Below are positions 48,527 through 58,218 of a stretch of DNA of 64,000 bases, piece by piece. The notes beneath the pieces are model-generated. The model saw only the letters and a list, made by a program, of their open reading frames with translations. It ran no database searches and was not told the origin of the DNA. The position numbers were made by a program, and so were the translations under genes. The first letter of the stretch is position 1. The number at the start of each line of letters is the position of its first letter. The DNA comes from an uncultured Alphaproteobacteria bacterium (GTDB taxonomy: Bacteria > Pseudomonadota > Alphaproteobacteria > Rhizobiales > Hyphomicrobiaceae), in contig CAVOJD010000036.1 in assembly GCA_963696075.1 (NCBI GenBank), forward strand, positions 2,199 to 66,198, read 5' to 3'.

Positions 48527-49894
48527 ATGGGCCTTGTCGACGCCATCCGCCGCCTCACCAATGCGCCAGCCTTCAAGTTCCTGCTGATCATCGTCCTCAT
48601 CCTGGCCCTCGCCATCCCCCTCATCTTCGTCTACCTGCTGGTCTCTGAGCGCGCCCAGTACGCCAGCCGCGCCAAAGCCGAGATCGGCCAGGCCTGGGGC
48701 GATGCGCAGACGCTGCGCGGCCCCTTCGTCATCGTCCCAACGAAACGCGAGCGCACAATTCAGGTCGGCAACGAAACCCGCACCGAACAGATTTCCGAAC
48801 TCGCCGTCTTCCTCCCCGAGACCCTCAACGTCAGCCCGAACGCGCGCACCGAACAGCGCCAGCGCGGCATTTACGCCGTCCCCGTCTACCGCAGCAACAT
48901 CACCATCACGGGTCGCTTCATCGCCCCTGAAACCCGGCGGATCACGAACAAGGGTGCAACCTTCCTGTGGGATGAAGCCGTCCTCACCATGCTGATAACG
49001 GACGTGCGCGGCATCAAGAAAACCGCCGAGATCGAGCTTGGCCAGGAGACCACCCGCTTCCGCTCGGGCCCCGGCGTCGACAGCGGTCCCGCCGGCCGCC
49101 AGCCCGGCGCCATCCACGTCCCCATCGGCGCCACCCGCGCCGAGCAGGGCTTCACCTTCACCTTCAATCTCGAACTGAACGGCTCCAACGCCCTGAACTT
49201 CGTCCCCGCCGGCGGTGAAACCGAAATCGCCGTGCAGTCCGACTGGCCCCACCCCTCTTTCTCCGGCGCCTTCCTCCCCGACACCCGCACGATCTCGGAC
49301 AATGGCTTCGAAGCCACCTGGAAGATCCCCCGCCTCGCCCGCGGCCAGGGCCAGACCCAGCACGTCTCGGGCCTCGACAATCTGATGCAGCAAACCGTCT
49401 TCGGCGTGCGTTTCTTCCAGCCGGTGAAATTCTATTCCCTCGCCGAACGCGCTCTGAAGTACGCCCAGGGCTTCATTGCCATCGTCTTCTTCGCCGTCTT
49501 CGTCATGGAGATGAAATCAGCCCGCCGCGTCCACTGGATCCAGTACTTGTTTGTCGGCCTCGCGCTCGCGATCTTCTACCTTGTCCTGATCGGCACCGCC
49601 GAACACATCGGCTTCGAATGGGGTTATCTCGCAGCCGCCACCGCGACCACCGTCCTGGTGGCCGCCTACATTGCCACCGTCACCCGCTCGCCAACCACCG
49701 GCGCCCAGATCTTCGCGATCATCGCCGTCATCTACGCGCTGCTCTATCTGCTCCTGCGCGTCGAGGACTACGCACTTCTGATCGGCTCCCTCGCCGCCTT
49801 CGCAATGCTGGCAGCCGTGATGTTCGCAACCCGCGACGTCGACTGGTCACGTGGCCACAATCCTGATGACCAACCCCAGAGGATGAGCGAATAA
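48527..49894 (+). CDS. creD: cell envelope integrity protein CreD
   Basis: KFLLIIVLILALAIPLIFVYLLVSERAQY, GPFVIVP, YRSNITITGRF, and a C-terminal block of five TM helices, typical of the CreD family. AGGAGA precedes the ATG. Confidence 0.8.
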   Translation: MGLVDAIRRLTNAPAFKFLLIIVLILALAIPLIFVYLLVSERAQYASRAKAEIGQAWGDAQTLRGPFVIVPTKRERTIQVGNETRTEQISELAVFLPETLNVSPNARTEQRQRGIYAVPVYRSNITITGRFIAPETRRITNKGATFLWDEAVLTMLITDVRGIKKTAEIELGQETTRFRSGPGVDSGPAGRQPGAIHVPIGATRAEQGFTFTFNLELNGSNALNFVPAGGETEIAVQSDWPHPSFSGAFLPDTRTISDNGFEATWKIPRLARGQGQTQHVSGLDNLMQQTVFGVRFFQPVKFYSLAERALKYAQGFIAIVFFAVFVMEMKSARRVHWIQYLFVGLALAIFYLVLIGTAEHIGFEWGYLAAATATTVLVAAYIATVTRSPTTGAQIFAIIAVIYALLYLLLRVEDYALLIGSLAAFAMLAAVMFATRDVDWSRGHNPDDQPQRMSE

Positions 49895-49922
49895 ATCCGC
49901 ACGCGCTGGCATCGGCCAGCCG

Positions 49923-50345
49923 CTACGGCCCGATTAACGCCTTGGCCTTCTGGCAGATCTCGTTGACCTGTGCGCCCGGTTCGGATTTCCCCGAGAGGAC
50001 GTTGGCGAACCGCACGGCGTTTTGTTGATCAAGCATTTCGAACAGCGACCAGCAACTTGTCGGGCCTTCCGTCCGGAAACGTTCCGCCCGCGCCCGCGCG
50101 CCCCCATCGCTCTGGAGGCCACACAGCTTCGGCCCCACTGATTGAATGGCAAGGTTGGTCACGATCGTGCGGTGAGGACAGGCAAGACCCCGCCACGCGC
50201 GCCCGGATAACGGATTAGCCAGCGTGAAACTGACCGCCGAAGCATGCACACCCGGTTCCGCATCGGGATTGCGCGACCAGGAAAAACCGAACAAGCCCGC
50301 AACTGCCAGAACGCCAATCGCGATGAGCGCAACGAAAAGCCGCAT
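49923..50345 (-). CDS. hypothetical exported protein
   Basis: N-terminal signal anchor MRLFVALIAIGVLAVAGLFGF and four Cys. No recognisable family. Confidence 0.4.
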   Translation of the reverse strand: MRLFVALIAIGVLAVAGLFGFSWSRNPDAEPGVHASAVSFTLANPLSGRAWRGLACPHRTIVTNLAIQSVGPKLCGLQSDGGARARAERFRTEGPTSCWSLFEMLDQQNAVRFANVLSGKSEPGAQVNEICQKAKALIGP

Positions 50346-50605
50346 GAAACTGTCCCCCAGAACCAATGGCGCACGCATGGCAAGAGCCCGTCCTCTCCGC
50401 CATCATGCGCGCAGTCTGTTTAGCGCGTCACTTCCCAGTCCGCCAACCGCCCACAGGTCAAAACTGATCTGACAAACCATCGAAACACCGCACACAACCA
50501 AAAGAAAAACGGCACAGGGAGCCCCTGCGCCGCTTGGCAATTCATTTTGACTGACTGAGGCCAGCGCCAAGTGGCGCTGACCTGCCGGCCGAACGCGCTG
50601 TGCGA

Positions 50606-50956
50606 TCAGGCGGCCACGCCCTGACTCGGCGCCTGTTGCGTGGCCCGCGCCCCGGCAACCTCACCCTCGGTGACCGGAATCAGCTTCAGGAACAGGCCTG
50701 CCAGAGCGATGTGGATGGCGAAAGTCGCAAAGAATGCTGCCGTGCCACCGATCACGGTGTTCAGTGCCAGCGCGAGATAGAACAGCGACCCGGCAACGGC
50801 ATACGTCATCAGCAGAGCGACAACATAAGCCGGAATCGTATTCGTCGCCCATGACGGCAAGCTCGACGAACGGAATGCAAGGCGAAGGATCGCAAACAAA
50901 GATAGAACCGCGGCCGCGATGGCCGATGCTGCCAGGATGTCGTAGGTGGCTTCCAT
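50606..50956 (-). CDS. hypothetical small membrane protein (3 TM)
   Basis: Three hydrophobic helices. GGGAGA-type RBS upstream. Hairpin CAGCGCC/GGCGCTG downstream. Confidence 0.5.
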   Translation of the reverse strand: MEATYDILAASAIAAAVLSLFAILRLAFRSSSLPSWATNTIPAYVVALLMTYAVAGSLFYLALALNTVIGGTAAFFATFAIHIALAGLFLKLIPVTEGEVAGARATQQAPSQGVAA

Positions 50957-51264
50957 TTTTTCGTTTTCTCCCTGTCTGAATTACGCGCCGGAGGCGCTTC
51001 GACTTTCGCTTGAGCCGGAGCGCCTCTCCTCGAAAATGCGCCATTCGCAACAATGGAGACGCCGGCGCCATCGACGCCAATCGGAAAAACCAGAATGGTC
51101 GATCGGATTTTTCGATCGACCTCCTCAAATACGCGAAATCCGACCGCTCCCACCCACCAGGAGGGCAGACGCAATTCGTCCGCAAATCGTCCACAAATCG
51201 TCCAATGAGATATATGCGGGCTTAGAATGGCGGCGGGATCGTCGAACGCCTCAAGCGGAACGCC

Positions 51265-52191
51265 TCAAGAGGCGCCAAGAACCGTACAGTCAGGGAATTC
51301 GCGCTCGACCAGCGACCGCAGCAACTGCGCGAGTTCGCGGTACTGCTCATGGCGTGCCGTGCTGCGCCGCCACATCATCCCAACGGTGCGATAGATCGCC
51401 CGGTCATTCAGTTCGATAATCGCAACGCTGTCATCGCGTGCCGCCACCGCACGTACATAAAGGCCGGGCAGGAATGTCACGCCGAGCCCCATCGCAACCA
51501 TCTCCCGCAGCGTATCCAGGCTGGTCCCTTCGTAGTCGTAGCGCAGTCGTGCCCCGAACTCCTCGCTGAGCGCCAGCGCGGCATCATGCAGCTGATGCCC
51601 CCGCGCCAGCGCCAGTATGTCCTCCCCCTCGAGATCCGCCCGCACCACCTTCGCCTTCTTCGCGAGCGGATGCCCCTTGGCAACGGTCAGATACAACGGC
51701 TCGCGAAACAGCTCCTCAACATCGATATCACCGTGCTTGACCGGCAGCAGCGACACCAGCAGATCATGCCGCCCCTCGCTCAGTGCGCTTGGCAGGCCGC
51801 TCGGCAGTTCTTCGCGTACGTAAAGCTTGAGGTCCTTGTAGTGGCGCTGCAGCTCGGGGATAACGATTGGGAGAAAATACGGCCCGATCGATGCCGGCAG
51901 CCCAAGCCGCAGGATGCCGGCAAGCTCGCGCCCCCCGCTTGATGCCAGCGCCCGGATTTCATCGGCATCCGCCAGCATCCGCCGCGCAATCTGCACGATC
52001 TGCGCGCCAAGCGGCGTCATCATTACCCGGTTGCGCGTCCGCTCCACCAACTGCGCCCCAAGCCGCACCTCCAACACCTTGAGTTGCTCGCTCAACGTCG
52101 GCTGCGTGGTGTTTGCCCGCTCTGCGGCGCGCCGGAAATGGCGGGTTTCATCGAGTGCCACAAGATATTCAAGCTGTCTCAGATTAGGCAT
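51265..52191 (-). CDS. LysR-family regulator, OxyR-like but lacking both redox cysteines
   Basis: LRQLEYLVALDETRHFRRAAERANTTQPTLSEQLKVLE aligns along its length with OxyR. The positions equivalent to OxyR C199 and C208 read GHQLHD and ALSEEFG. Confidence 0.85.
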   Translation of the reverse strand: MPNLRQLEYLVALDETRHFRRAAERANTTQPTLSEQLKVLEVRLGAQLVERTRNRVMMTPLGAQIVQIARRMLADADEIRALASSGGRELAGILRLGLPASIGPYFLPIVIPELQRHYKDLKLYVREELPSGLPSALSEGRHDLLVSLLPVKHGDIDVEELFREPLYLTVAKGHPLAKKAKVVRADLEGEDILALARGHQLHDAALALSEEFGARLRYDYEGTSLDTLREMVAMGLGVTFLPGLYVRAVAARDDSVAIIELNDRAIYRTVGMMWRRSTARHEQYRELAQLLRSLVEREFPDCTVLGAS

Positions 52192-52552
52192 TCGATCCTC
52201 TGGCCAACAATGATGAGCTGCAACGTATCAATTTAGGGATGATCGCCGCATCTTCGAGTGCCACCGCCACGATCGGCAAAACCGATCGCAAGGGCGATGC
52301 CTTTCGATTGGAAAACCACCGCTCTTGAGCCCAGTTGAGGGGGTGTCGGAGCAGCGAAACGGTGGCCGGGCACGAGGCCGAACTTACAAAGTACCGGTGG
52401 TTCAGTCATTTCAGCGCTGAGGATAGGCGGCGCTGAAGGTGAGTTGCCATCAGGCAGTGCCTGGTCACCTTATCTGCGCCCTGGGTGCGCGGCCCAAACC
52501 GCTCTCCCGGCGGCGTACCCTTTGCCCGCAACCCGTGAAGGAGATTGGTTCG

Positions 52553-52834
52553 ATGTTGGACTTGGCGAAACTGGCAGGACTGGTTGGCGATCTCTTCGGC
52601 GAAACAGCGGAGCGCCCCGGCATGGACGCCATCACCGGTCAACTTGACGCGCTTGGGATTGATCCTGCGACGCTTGAGGGCCTGGACGCCCAGCAGATCC
52701 TCGAAACACTCCAGGCCCAGGGCATTGATTTGTCCGGCCTCGACCCGAGCGAACTCGTAGCACTCGGCTCGGAAACGGGCCTCGATAGCATCGTGCCCGC
52801 CCTGATTGAACGCATAACCGATCGCGCTGCCTGA
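52553..52834 (+). CDS. hypothetical small acidic protein
   Basis: GAAGGAG lies 8 nt before the ATG at 52553. 93 aa with internal GID(P/L)..L.GLD repeats. Followed by a terminator. Confidence 0.45.
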   Translation: MLDLAKLAGLVGDLFGETAERPGMDAITGQLDALGIDPATLEGLDAQQILETLQAQGIDLSGLDPSELVALGSETGLDSIVPALIERITDRAA

Positions 52835-52883
52835 TCCTTCCTCGACGAACCCTCCCTGTCGACCGGTCAGTAGCGCCCTTAAG

Positions 52884-52925
52884 CCCGGCAACTTCCGCTT
52901 CGCGGAAGGTGCCGGGCCTTTTTCT
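52884..52925 (+). terminator. rho-independent terminator
   Basis: CCCGGCAACTTCCGC / GCGGAAGGTGCCGGG stem (1 mismatch) followed by CCTTTTTCT. Confidence 0.65.
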
Positions 52926-53037
52926 GCCCGCCATCCGCCGCAGGCCGCAGACCTCACGCAGAACCACGCGGCAGCCGGCCGCGTGAAACCGCAGCACGAG
53001 GGTCTGGATCATCTTAGAATATTGCAAGATCGGGAAA

Positions 53038-53113
<76 letters not shown>

Positions 53114-53273
53114 AGGAAACGTTCACCCGGCACCGTACCACGACGTGCCGATCCGCTCCGAAGAGCGCATCCTATAGGGGAAAACCGTCACCCCTGGCAA
53201 GTGCTTCATCCGTGAAAGTTTGCGCGCCCGCACAACCAACCTCTCGACGCAACCGTGACCTTAACCAGGCCGC

Positions 53274-53666
53274 CTAGCCCGCCAGCACCGCATCGATCTC
53301 ATTGACGAGCTGCTTGAGGTGAAACGGCTTTGACAGAACGCGCGCGTCCGGGCGCACACCGTGCCCCTCGTCAGTATTGAGCGTAACCGCGGCAAAGCCC
53401 GTGATGAACATGATCTTGAGCATCGGATCGAGTTCGCTCGCCCGCCGCGCCAGCTCAATCCCGTCCATCTCCGGCATCACGATATCGGTCAGCAACAGCG
53501 AAAACGGCTCCTGCGACAGGCGCTCATAAGCCGCAACGCCATTCTCGAACGCATGCACTTCATAGCCCGCACGCGTCAGCGCCCGCTCGAGAAAGCGGCG
53601 CATCGATTCCTCATCCTCCGCCAGAAGGATCCGTCGAATGGGAAGGCTCGATGGCTTCGCGGTCAT
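53274..53666 (-). CDS. cpdR: single-domain response regulator CpdR
   Basis: RILLAEDEESMRRFLERALTRAGYEV, EPFSLLLTDIVMPEMDGIELARRASELDPMLKIMFITGFAAV, LSKPFHLKQLVNEI matches the CpdR pattern. ATG at 53666. Confidence 0.8.
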   Translation of the reverse strand: MTAKPSSLPIRRILLAEDEESMRRFLERALTRAGYEVHAFENGVAAYERLSQEPFSLLLTDIVMPEMDGIELARRASELDPMLKIMFITGFAAVTLNTDEGHGVRPDARVLSKPFHLKQLVNEIDAVLAG

Positions 53667-53992
53667 GAAATACTCCCAGGGGCGTCGAATTCTCGCCAAC
53701 GGCAAAGGCGACACGGGTCGCAGCCGCTTGTCAGGCCCCAATGTGCCGCCGTTTTGGTAAATGACCGGTGAACCACGTCGCATTCATGGCACATCTCAAC
53801 ATCCCCCGTTGCCATTTTGCGCGCAATAACGAAAGTCTGATTGTTGTCCCTTCGCACTTGCAACATGTCATAAGCCGACGCACAGTCGATCGGGATGTGG
53901 CGGTCAACGTTAAGGGGAACAGCTCCGATCGGCACGAAACACGTGCCAAGCTACCTCTGCCCATAAATTGAAAGCGATTGCGGGACGTCTAC

Positions 53993-54892
53993 ATGCCATC
54001 GAGAGAACGCCAGGCAATCGCCGAAGAAATCAATCCTCCATTCTCCATCTACCGCCCGCGCGAGCAGACCACGCCCCTCGTCTTTTGCTCCCCCCATTCA
54101 GGCCGCGTCTATCCGTCCGTGCTGCGGGAGGCAACCAACCTCGACGAGCTCGGCCTGCGTAAATCGGAGGATTGCTTTGTTGACGAACTCTTCTCCAGGG
54201 CACCAGACGCCGGCGCGCCGCTGATCGCAGCCCACTTCCCCCGCGCCTACCTGGACGTCAACCGCGAGCCCTTCGAGCTCGATCCCGAGCTCTTCGACGA
54301 GCCGCTTCCCGCCTTCGCCAATGCCCAGACAATGCGCGTCATCGGCGGCCTCGGCACGATTCCACGCATCGTCGCTGAAGCGGAAGAGATCTACGACGCC
54401 CCCCTGTCGCTCGCCGTCGCCATGGTGCGCATTGAACGCCTTTACCGCCCCTTTCACGCCGCACTCAACGAACTGCTTGAGACAACGCGAGAGCGCTTCG
54501 GCTATGCCGTCCTGATCGATTGCCACTCAATGCCGTCTGCGTCGCTGACATTTCCGGCAACCACCCGGCCTGAGTTTATTCTCGGCGACCGCTTCGGCAG
54601 CTCATGCGATTTCCGCGTCACCCGCACCGCCCGCGAGGCCATCGTGGACCTCAAATACCGCGTCCAATTGAATCGCCCCTATGCCGGCGGCTTCATCACC
54701 GAGCACTACGGTCGTCCGTCAGAAAACCTCCATGCGCTGCAAATCGAGATCAATCGCGGCCTCTACCTGAACGAACGAACGCTGCAACGCGCCCGCCACT
54801 TTGATGCCTTTCAGCGCGAGATCTCGACCCTGATCGCCAGCCTTACCAGCCGTATTCCAACGGTCATAGAGGGCAGTCTTGCCGCCGAATGA
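53993..54892 (+). CDS. N-formylglutamate amidohydrolase family protein
   Basis: LVFCSPHSGRVYP, AHFPRAYLDVNREP, LIDCHSMPS, PYAGGFIT, LQIEINR. Confidence 0.8.
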   Translation: MPSRERQAIAEEINPPFSIYRPREQTTPLVFCSPHSGRVYPSVLREATNLDELGLRKSEDCFVDELFSRAPDAGAPLIAAHFPRAYLDVNREPFELDPELFDEPLPAFANAQTMRVIGGLGTIPRIVAEAEEIYDAPLSLAVAMVRIERLYRPFHAALNELLETTRERFGYAVLIDCHSMPSASLTFPATTRPEFILGDRFGSSCDFRVTRTAREAIVDLKYRVQLNRPYAGGFITEHYGRPSENLHALQIEINRGLYLNERTLQRARHFDAFQREISTLIASLTSRIPTVIEGSLAAE

Positions 54893-55056
54893 CGGCTCGG
54901 CCTGGCGCCAATTTCCCACCTCTCCCGTCCACGTCCCGCTTCGCTGGTATCCAGCCCCGCCTTGCGCACGCCGTGCGCCCTCAGTCCGTCCGCCGTTGGC
55001 GCCAAACCGGCGTTGCCTTGGTCCGCGCTGACGATAGCGACTCTGGGGCTCCAGGC

Positions 55057-55149
55057 AAAAAAAAAGGCCGCTCGATGAAGAGCGGCCCGAAGTCTAGGGA
55101 GGAAACGCCCAAGGAGGGCAGCAGTCGATGAAACCATCGACCACACCGA
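55057..55149 (-). ncRNA. candidate trans-acting sRNA A (anti-Shine-Dalgarno CCUCCC type, AbcR/alpha-r15-like)
   Basis: Minus strand: hairpin GUCGAUG/CAUCGAC, hairpin GCCC-UCCUU-GGGC, single-stranded GUUUCCUCCCUAGACUUC, then terminator GGCCGCUCUUCAUCGAGCGGCC plus U9. Candidate promoter TTGCAA-N18-GATATT at 55156-55185. The 5' end is inferred only. Confidence 0.5.
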
Positions 55150-55472
55150 GAAGGTAATATCGCATTGCACAATTCGCAATTGCAAAAACCGCAAAGCTGA
55201 CCTGCATTCGTAGAGGAGATCCAGCCGAAGCCGCGCGAAATACGCATAGCGAGCGCATAACACACTGTTAAATAGGGGATTTCACCAGAGCGACCCTGCG
55301 ACGTTTTAGCCTTCATCCGACAGAGGAATGTATTCCAACGAGCCCGATACGCGACCAGACAGCTCTTCAAGTCGGCAAAAACCAGACAAAATATCGCAGC
55401 GCAGCAAAAATCAGAAACGTGAAGGTCCCTGATCAGCAAACCGTCACTGCAAGGTTCCCTTGCCTGCTCCAC

Positions 55473-55582
55473 AAAAAAAGGCCGCTCATCAAGAGCGGCC
55501 CGAAGTCTAGGGAGGAAACGCCCAGAATGGGCGCAGGTGAGCCAGGGCTCGCCTGTAAGACGAATATGGGAACGATTCGGTT
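55473..55582 (-). ncRNA. candidate trans-acting sRNA B (paralogue of A)
   Basis: Shares the 45-nt 3' module (GGGCGUUUCCUCCCUAGACUUCGGGCCGCUC...GAGCGGCC plus U7) with sRNA A. Has an upstream hairpin with GUUCCCA. Candidate promoter TTGACA-N15-TATTGT at 55589-55615. The 5' end is inferred only. Confidence 0.5.
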
Positions 55583-55873
55583 CACGTCACAATACGACAG
55601 ACGCGAAAATGTCAACTCTCGAGCGTCTGACACCCGTTCAAGCTGTAAGTGTGACGATTTAGACCCGGTTGAGTTGCATGCTTGCCCGGCACGTGCCCAA
55701 TGCTGCGCCCACGTCATCCAATTCGGTGCCCTTGAGCGCGACAATTACTGGCCGGATACGTCACGAAATGCGATTGAGCCTGGGGCCGCGCAATTCAGCC
55801 GCGCTATGCTGGCGTGGTGCCCGGCCCCCACACACCGCCGCAGCCTGCTCAACACCATGACCTGCTCAACACC

Positions 55874-56704
55874 ATGACAGACCCGAAATCGCCCGACGAT
55901 CACGCCGGCAGAATAGCTTTGATGCACCAGGCAGCCGACGCCGCCGGCCAAGCCATTCTGCCGTTCTTCCGCACCGGCCTCGACGTCGACGTCAAACCCG
56001 GCAACCGCCCCTTCGATCCCGTGACTGAAGGCGATCGCGCGGGCGAACAAGCCATCCGAAGCCTTCTCGCGTCCGGCGCGCCCAACGATGCCGTTTTCGG
56101 GGAAGAATTCGGCGCCATCGAACCCGCCGCACCGAGCGGCTATCGCTGGATCATCGACCCGATCGATGGCACCCGTGGGTTCATTCTCGGCCTGCCAACC
56201 TGGGGCACGTTGATCGGCGTCGAGAAAGACGGCGTCCCGACCCTCGGCCTCATGGACCAACCTTACGTCGGCGAACGCTTCTATTCTGACGGCACCGCGT
56301 CCTATTTCGCCCGCCACACAACCACCCCGCGCCGCCTCGAAACGCGCAACACCCAATCCCTTGCGGAAGCCCACATGGCGGCAACCCACCCCGACATCTT
56401 CGCCTCCCCCCACGAGCGCAGCGTCTTTGATAAATTCCGCCAGCGCGTCCGCGACACCCGTTTCGGGACCGACTGCTACGCCTATTGCCTGCTCGCCGCC
56501 GGCTTCATCGACATTGTCATCGAAGCAGGCCTGCAATCGTATGATGTCGCAGCCCTGATCCCGATCATCGAGCATGCTGGCGGATGCATCACCACCTGGG
56601 ACGGCGCCCCCGCACAGGCCGGCGGCCGCATCATCGCGACCGCCAATCCAGCGTTGCACGCCGCGGCGCTGACCGAGATCCGCGCAACTGGCGGATCGCC
56701 CTGA
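55874..56704 (+). CDS. inositol monophosphatase family protein (histidinol-phosphatase HisN-like)
   Basis: PVTEGDRAGEQAIR, FGEEFG, WIIDPIDGTRGFILGLPTWGTLIG, LGLMDQPYVGERF, DCYAYCLLAAG, WD. Confidence 0.8.
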   Translation: MTDPKSPDDHAGRIALMHQAADAAGQAILPFFRTGLDVDVKPGNRPFDPVTEGDRAGEQAIRSLLASGAPNDAVFGEEFGAIEPAAPSGYRWIIDPIDGTRGFILGLPTWGTLIGVEKDGVPTLGLMDQPYVGERFYSDGTASYFARHTTTPRRLETRNTQSLAEAHMAATHPDIFASPHERSVFDKFRQRVRDTRFGTDCYAYCLLAAGFIDIVIEAGLQSYDVAALIPIIEHAGGCITTWDGAPAQAGGRIIATANPALHAAALTEIRATGGSP

Positions 56705-56831
56705 TCACCTTGCATCGTTGTAAGTGGGTGCTGATTGAGCATGCTTGCGATATGAGCGCCCACACAACCACCCATCACTTGGCAGCCTTCAATCCGACCG
56801 CCACTATGCGGCACCGACCGGAGAAAAACCC

Positions 56832-58136
56832 ATGACCGATACCGCTGCCCAATCACACAACCCCACGTCCGCCGAATGGTACGAACGCGCCAAGGCCGTC
56901 CTGCCCGCCGGCACCTTCGGTAATTTTGCCGGCGACATGATCATCCGCGAAGGCCGCGCCGCACGCGTTTGGAACGAAGACGGCCGCGAATTCGTCGATT
57001 ATCTCATTGGCTCCGGCCCCATGCTGGTCGGCCATTGCCATCCCGAAGTCATAGCCGTCGTCGAAGACCAACTGCGCCGCGGCACAACCTTCTTCGCCAA
57101 CAACACCCACGGCATCGAACTCGCCGAAATCATTTGTGACGTGGTCGCGTGCGCCGAAAAAGTCCGCTTCGTCTCCTCCGGCACCGAAGCCGACATGTAC
57201 GCCATGCGCGTTGCCCGCGCGTTCACCGGCCGCGAGAAAATCTTGAAGTTCGAAGGCGGCTATCACGGCATGAGCGATCACGCCCTGATGAGCCTCGCCC
57301 CGCGCCATCTCGCCAATTTCCCGAACGCCGTACCCGATTCAGCCGGCATCCCATCGAGCGTCCGCGACACCATGATCGTCGCCCCCTTCAACGACGCTGA
57401 AGCAGCCACCCGTCTCATTGAAGAACATAAGGCCGACCTCGCCGGCGTCATCGTCGAACCGCTCCAGCGCCTCATGCCGCCCCGCCCGGGCTTCCTTGAA
57501 GCGCTCCGCGAAGCCACCGAAAAAGCGGGCATCCCCCTCATCTTCGACGAAGTCGTCACCGGCTTCCGCCTCGCCTATGGCGGCGCCCAGCAAGTCTACG
57601 GCGTGGTCCCGGACCTGTGCACCCTCGGCAAGGCCATCGGCGGCGGCTTCCCGCTCGCCGCAATCGCCGGCCGCGACGACATCATGGCCCACTTCGATGC
57701 CGGCCGCGTCTCCGATGCCGACTTTGCCCTCCAGATCGGCACGCTCAGCGGCAATCCGGTTGCAGCCGCAGCCGGCCTCAAGACGCTCGAAATCCTCTCC
57801 CGCCCCGGCGCCTACGAGCGGATCTATAAGACCGGCAATGCCCTCATGCAGGCGATCACCGACAACTTCCGCGACACCCCCGTCAACGTCCAGGTTGTCG
57901 GCCATCCCGCGATGTTCGATTGCGTCTTCACCGACCAGCCGGTCCATGACTATCGCGCGATCTTCCATTCCAACAAGGACCGCCTGAAGCGTTTCAACGC
58001 CCTCCTGCGCGAAAAGGGCATCCTGAAATCCGAAGGCAAGTTCTACGTCTCCGCCGCCCATGACGACGCCGACGTCGCCCAGACTGTCGACGCCATTGAG
58101 TATGCCGCCAAGACGCTTGCCAGCGAAGTCGCCTGA
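56832..58136 (+). CDS. class III (aspartate aminotransferase family) PLP-dependent aminotransferase, GSA-aminomutase-like
   Basis: DYLIGSGPMLVGHCHPEV, SSGTEADMYAMRVARAFTGR, GGYHG, LIFDEVVTGFR, CTLGKAIGGG. Confidence 0.85.
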   Translation: MTDTAAQSHNPTSAEWYERAKAVLPAGTFGNFAGDMIIREGRAARVWNEDGREFVDYLIGSGPMLVGHCHPEVIAVVEDQLRRGTTFFANNTHGIELAEIICDVVACAEKVRFVSSGTEADMYAMRVARAFTGREKILKFEGGYHGMSDHALMSLAPRHLANFPNAVPDSAGIPSSVRDTMIVAPFNDAEAATRLIEEHKADLAGVIVEPLQRLMPPRPGFLEALREATEKAGIPLIFDEVVTGFRLAYGGAQQVYGVVPDLCTLGKAIGGGFPLAAIAGRDDIMAHFDAGRVSDADFALQIGTLSGNPVAAAAGLKTLEILSRPGAYERIYKTGNALMQAITDNFRDTPVNVQVVGHPAMFDCVFTDQPVHDYRAIFHSNKDRLKRFNALLREKGILKSEGKFYVSAAHDDADVAQTVDAIEYAAKTLASEVA

Positions 58137-58218
58137 CGGGTCCCTGTCCCCTCGGTTTTAGATTGGCCCCGCACGTGCCGCGAGCACGTGCGGGCAACTT
58201 GCTTGATAAGGACCACAA

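Noticed and set aside
43331-49894. DUF2779 nuclease plus CHAT-TPR plus CreD as an anti-phage defence island.
   Set aside because: There are no other defence hallmarks (no NTPase/STAND, RM, TA, cyclase, integrase or compositional shift). The CHAT protein has a secretion signal, and the neighbours are ordinary envelope genes. It is kept only as a low-to-moderate curiosity in the findings.
51265-52191. Calling the LysR regulator oxyR.
   Set aside because: Overall similarity to OxyR is clear, but both sensing cysteines are absent, so the functional name would be unsafe.
54889-55877. ORFs 54889-55131 and 55419-55877 (+) sharing 'SGPKSREETP', and a strong GGGAGG/AAGGAGGG on the plus strand that could be read as ribosome-binding sites.
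   Set aside because: GC3 of the longer ORF is about 57% by my count, far below neighbouring genes. The shared peptide is the translated terminator and anti-SD module. The hairpin plus A-run orientation fits a minus-strand terminator.
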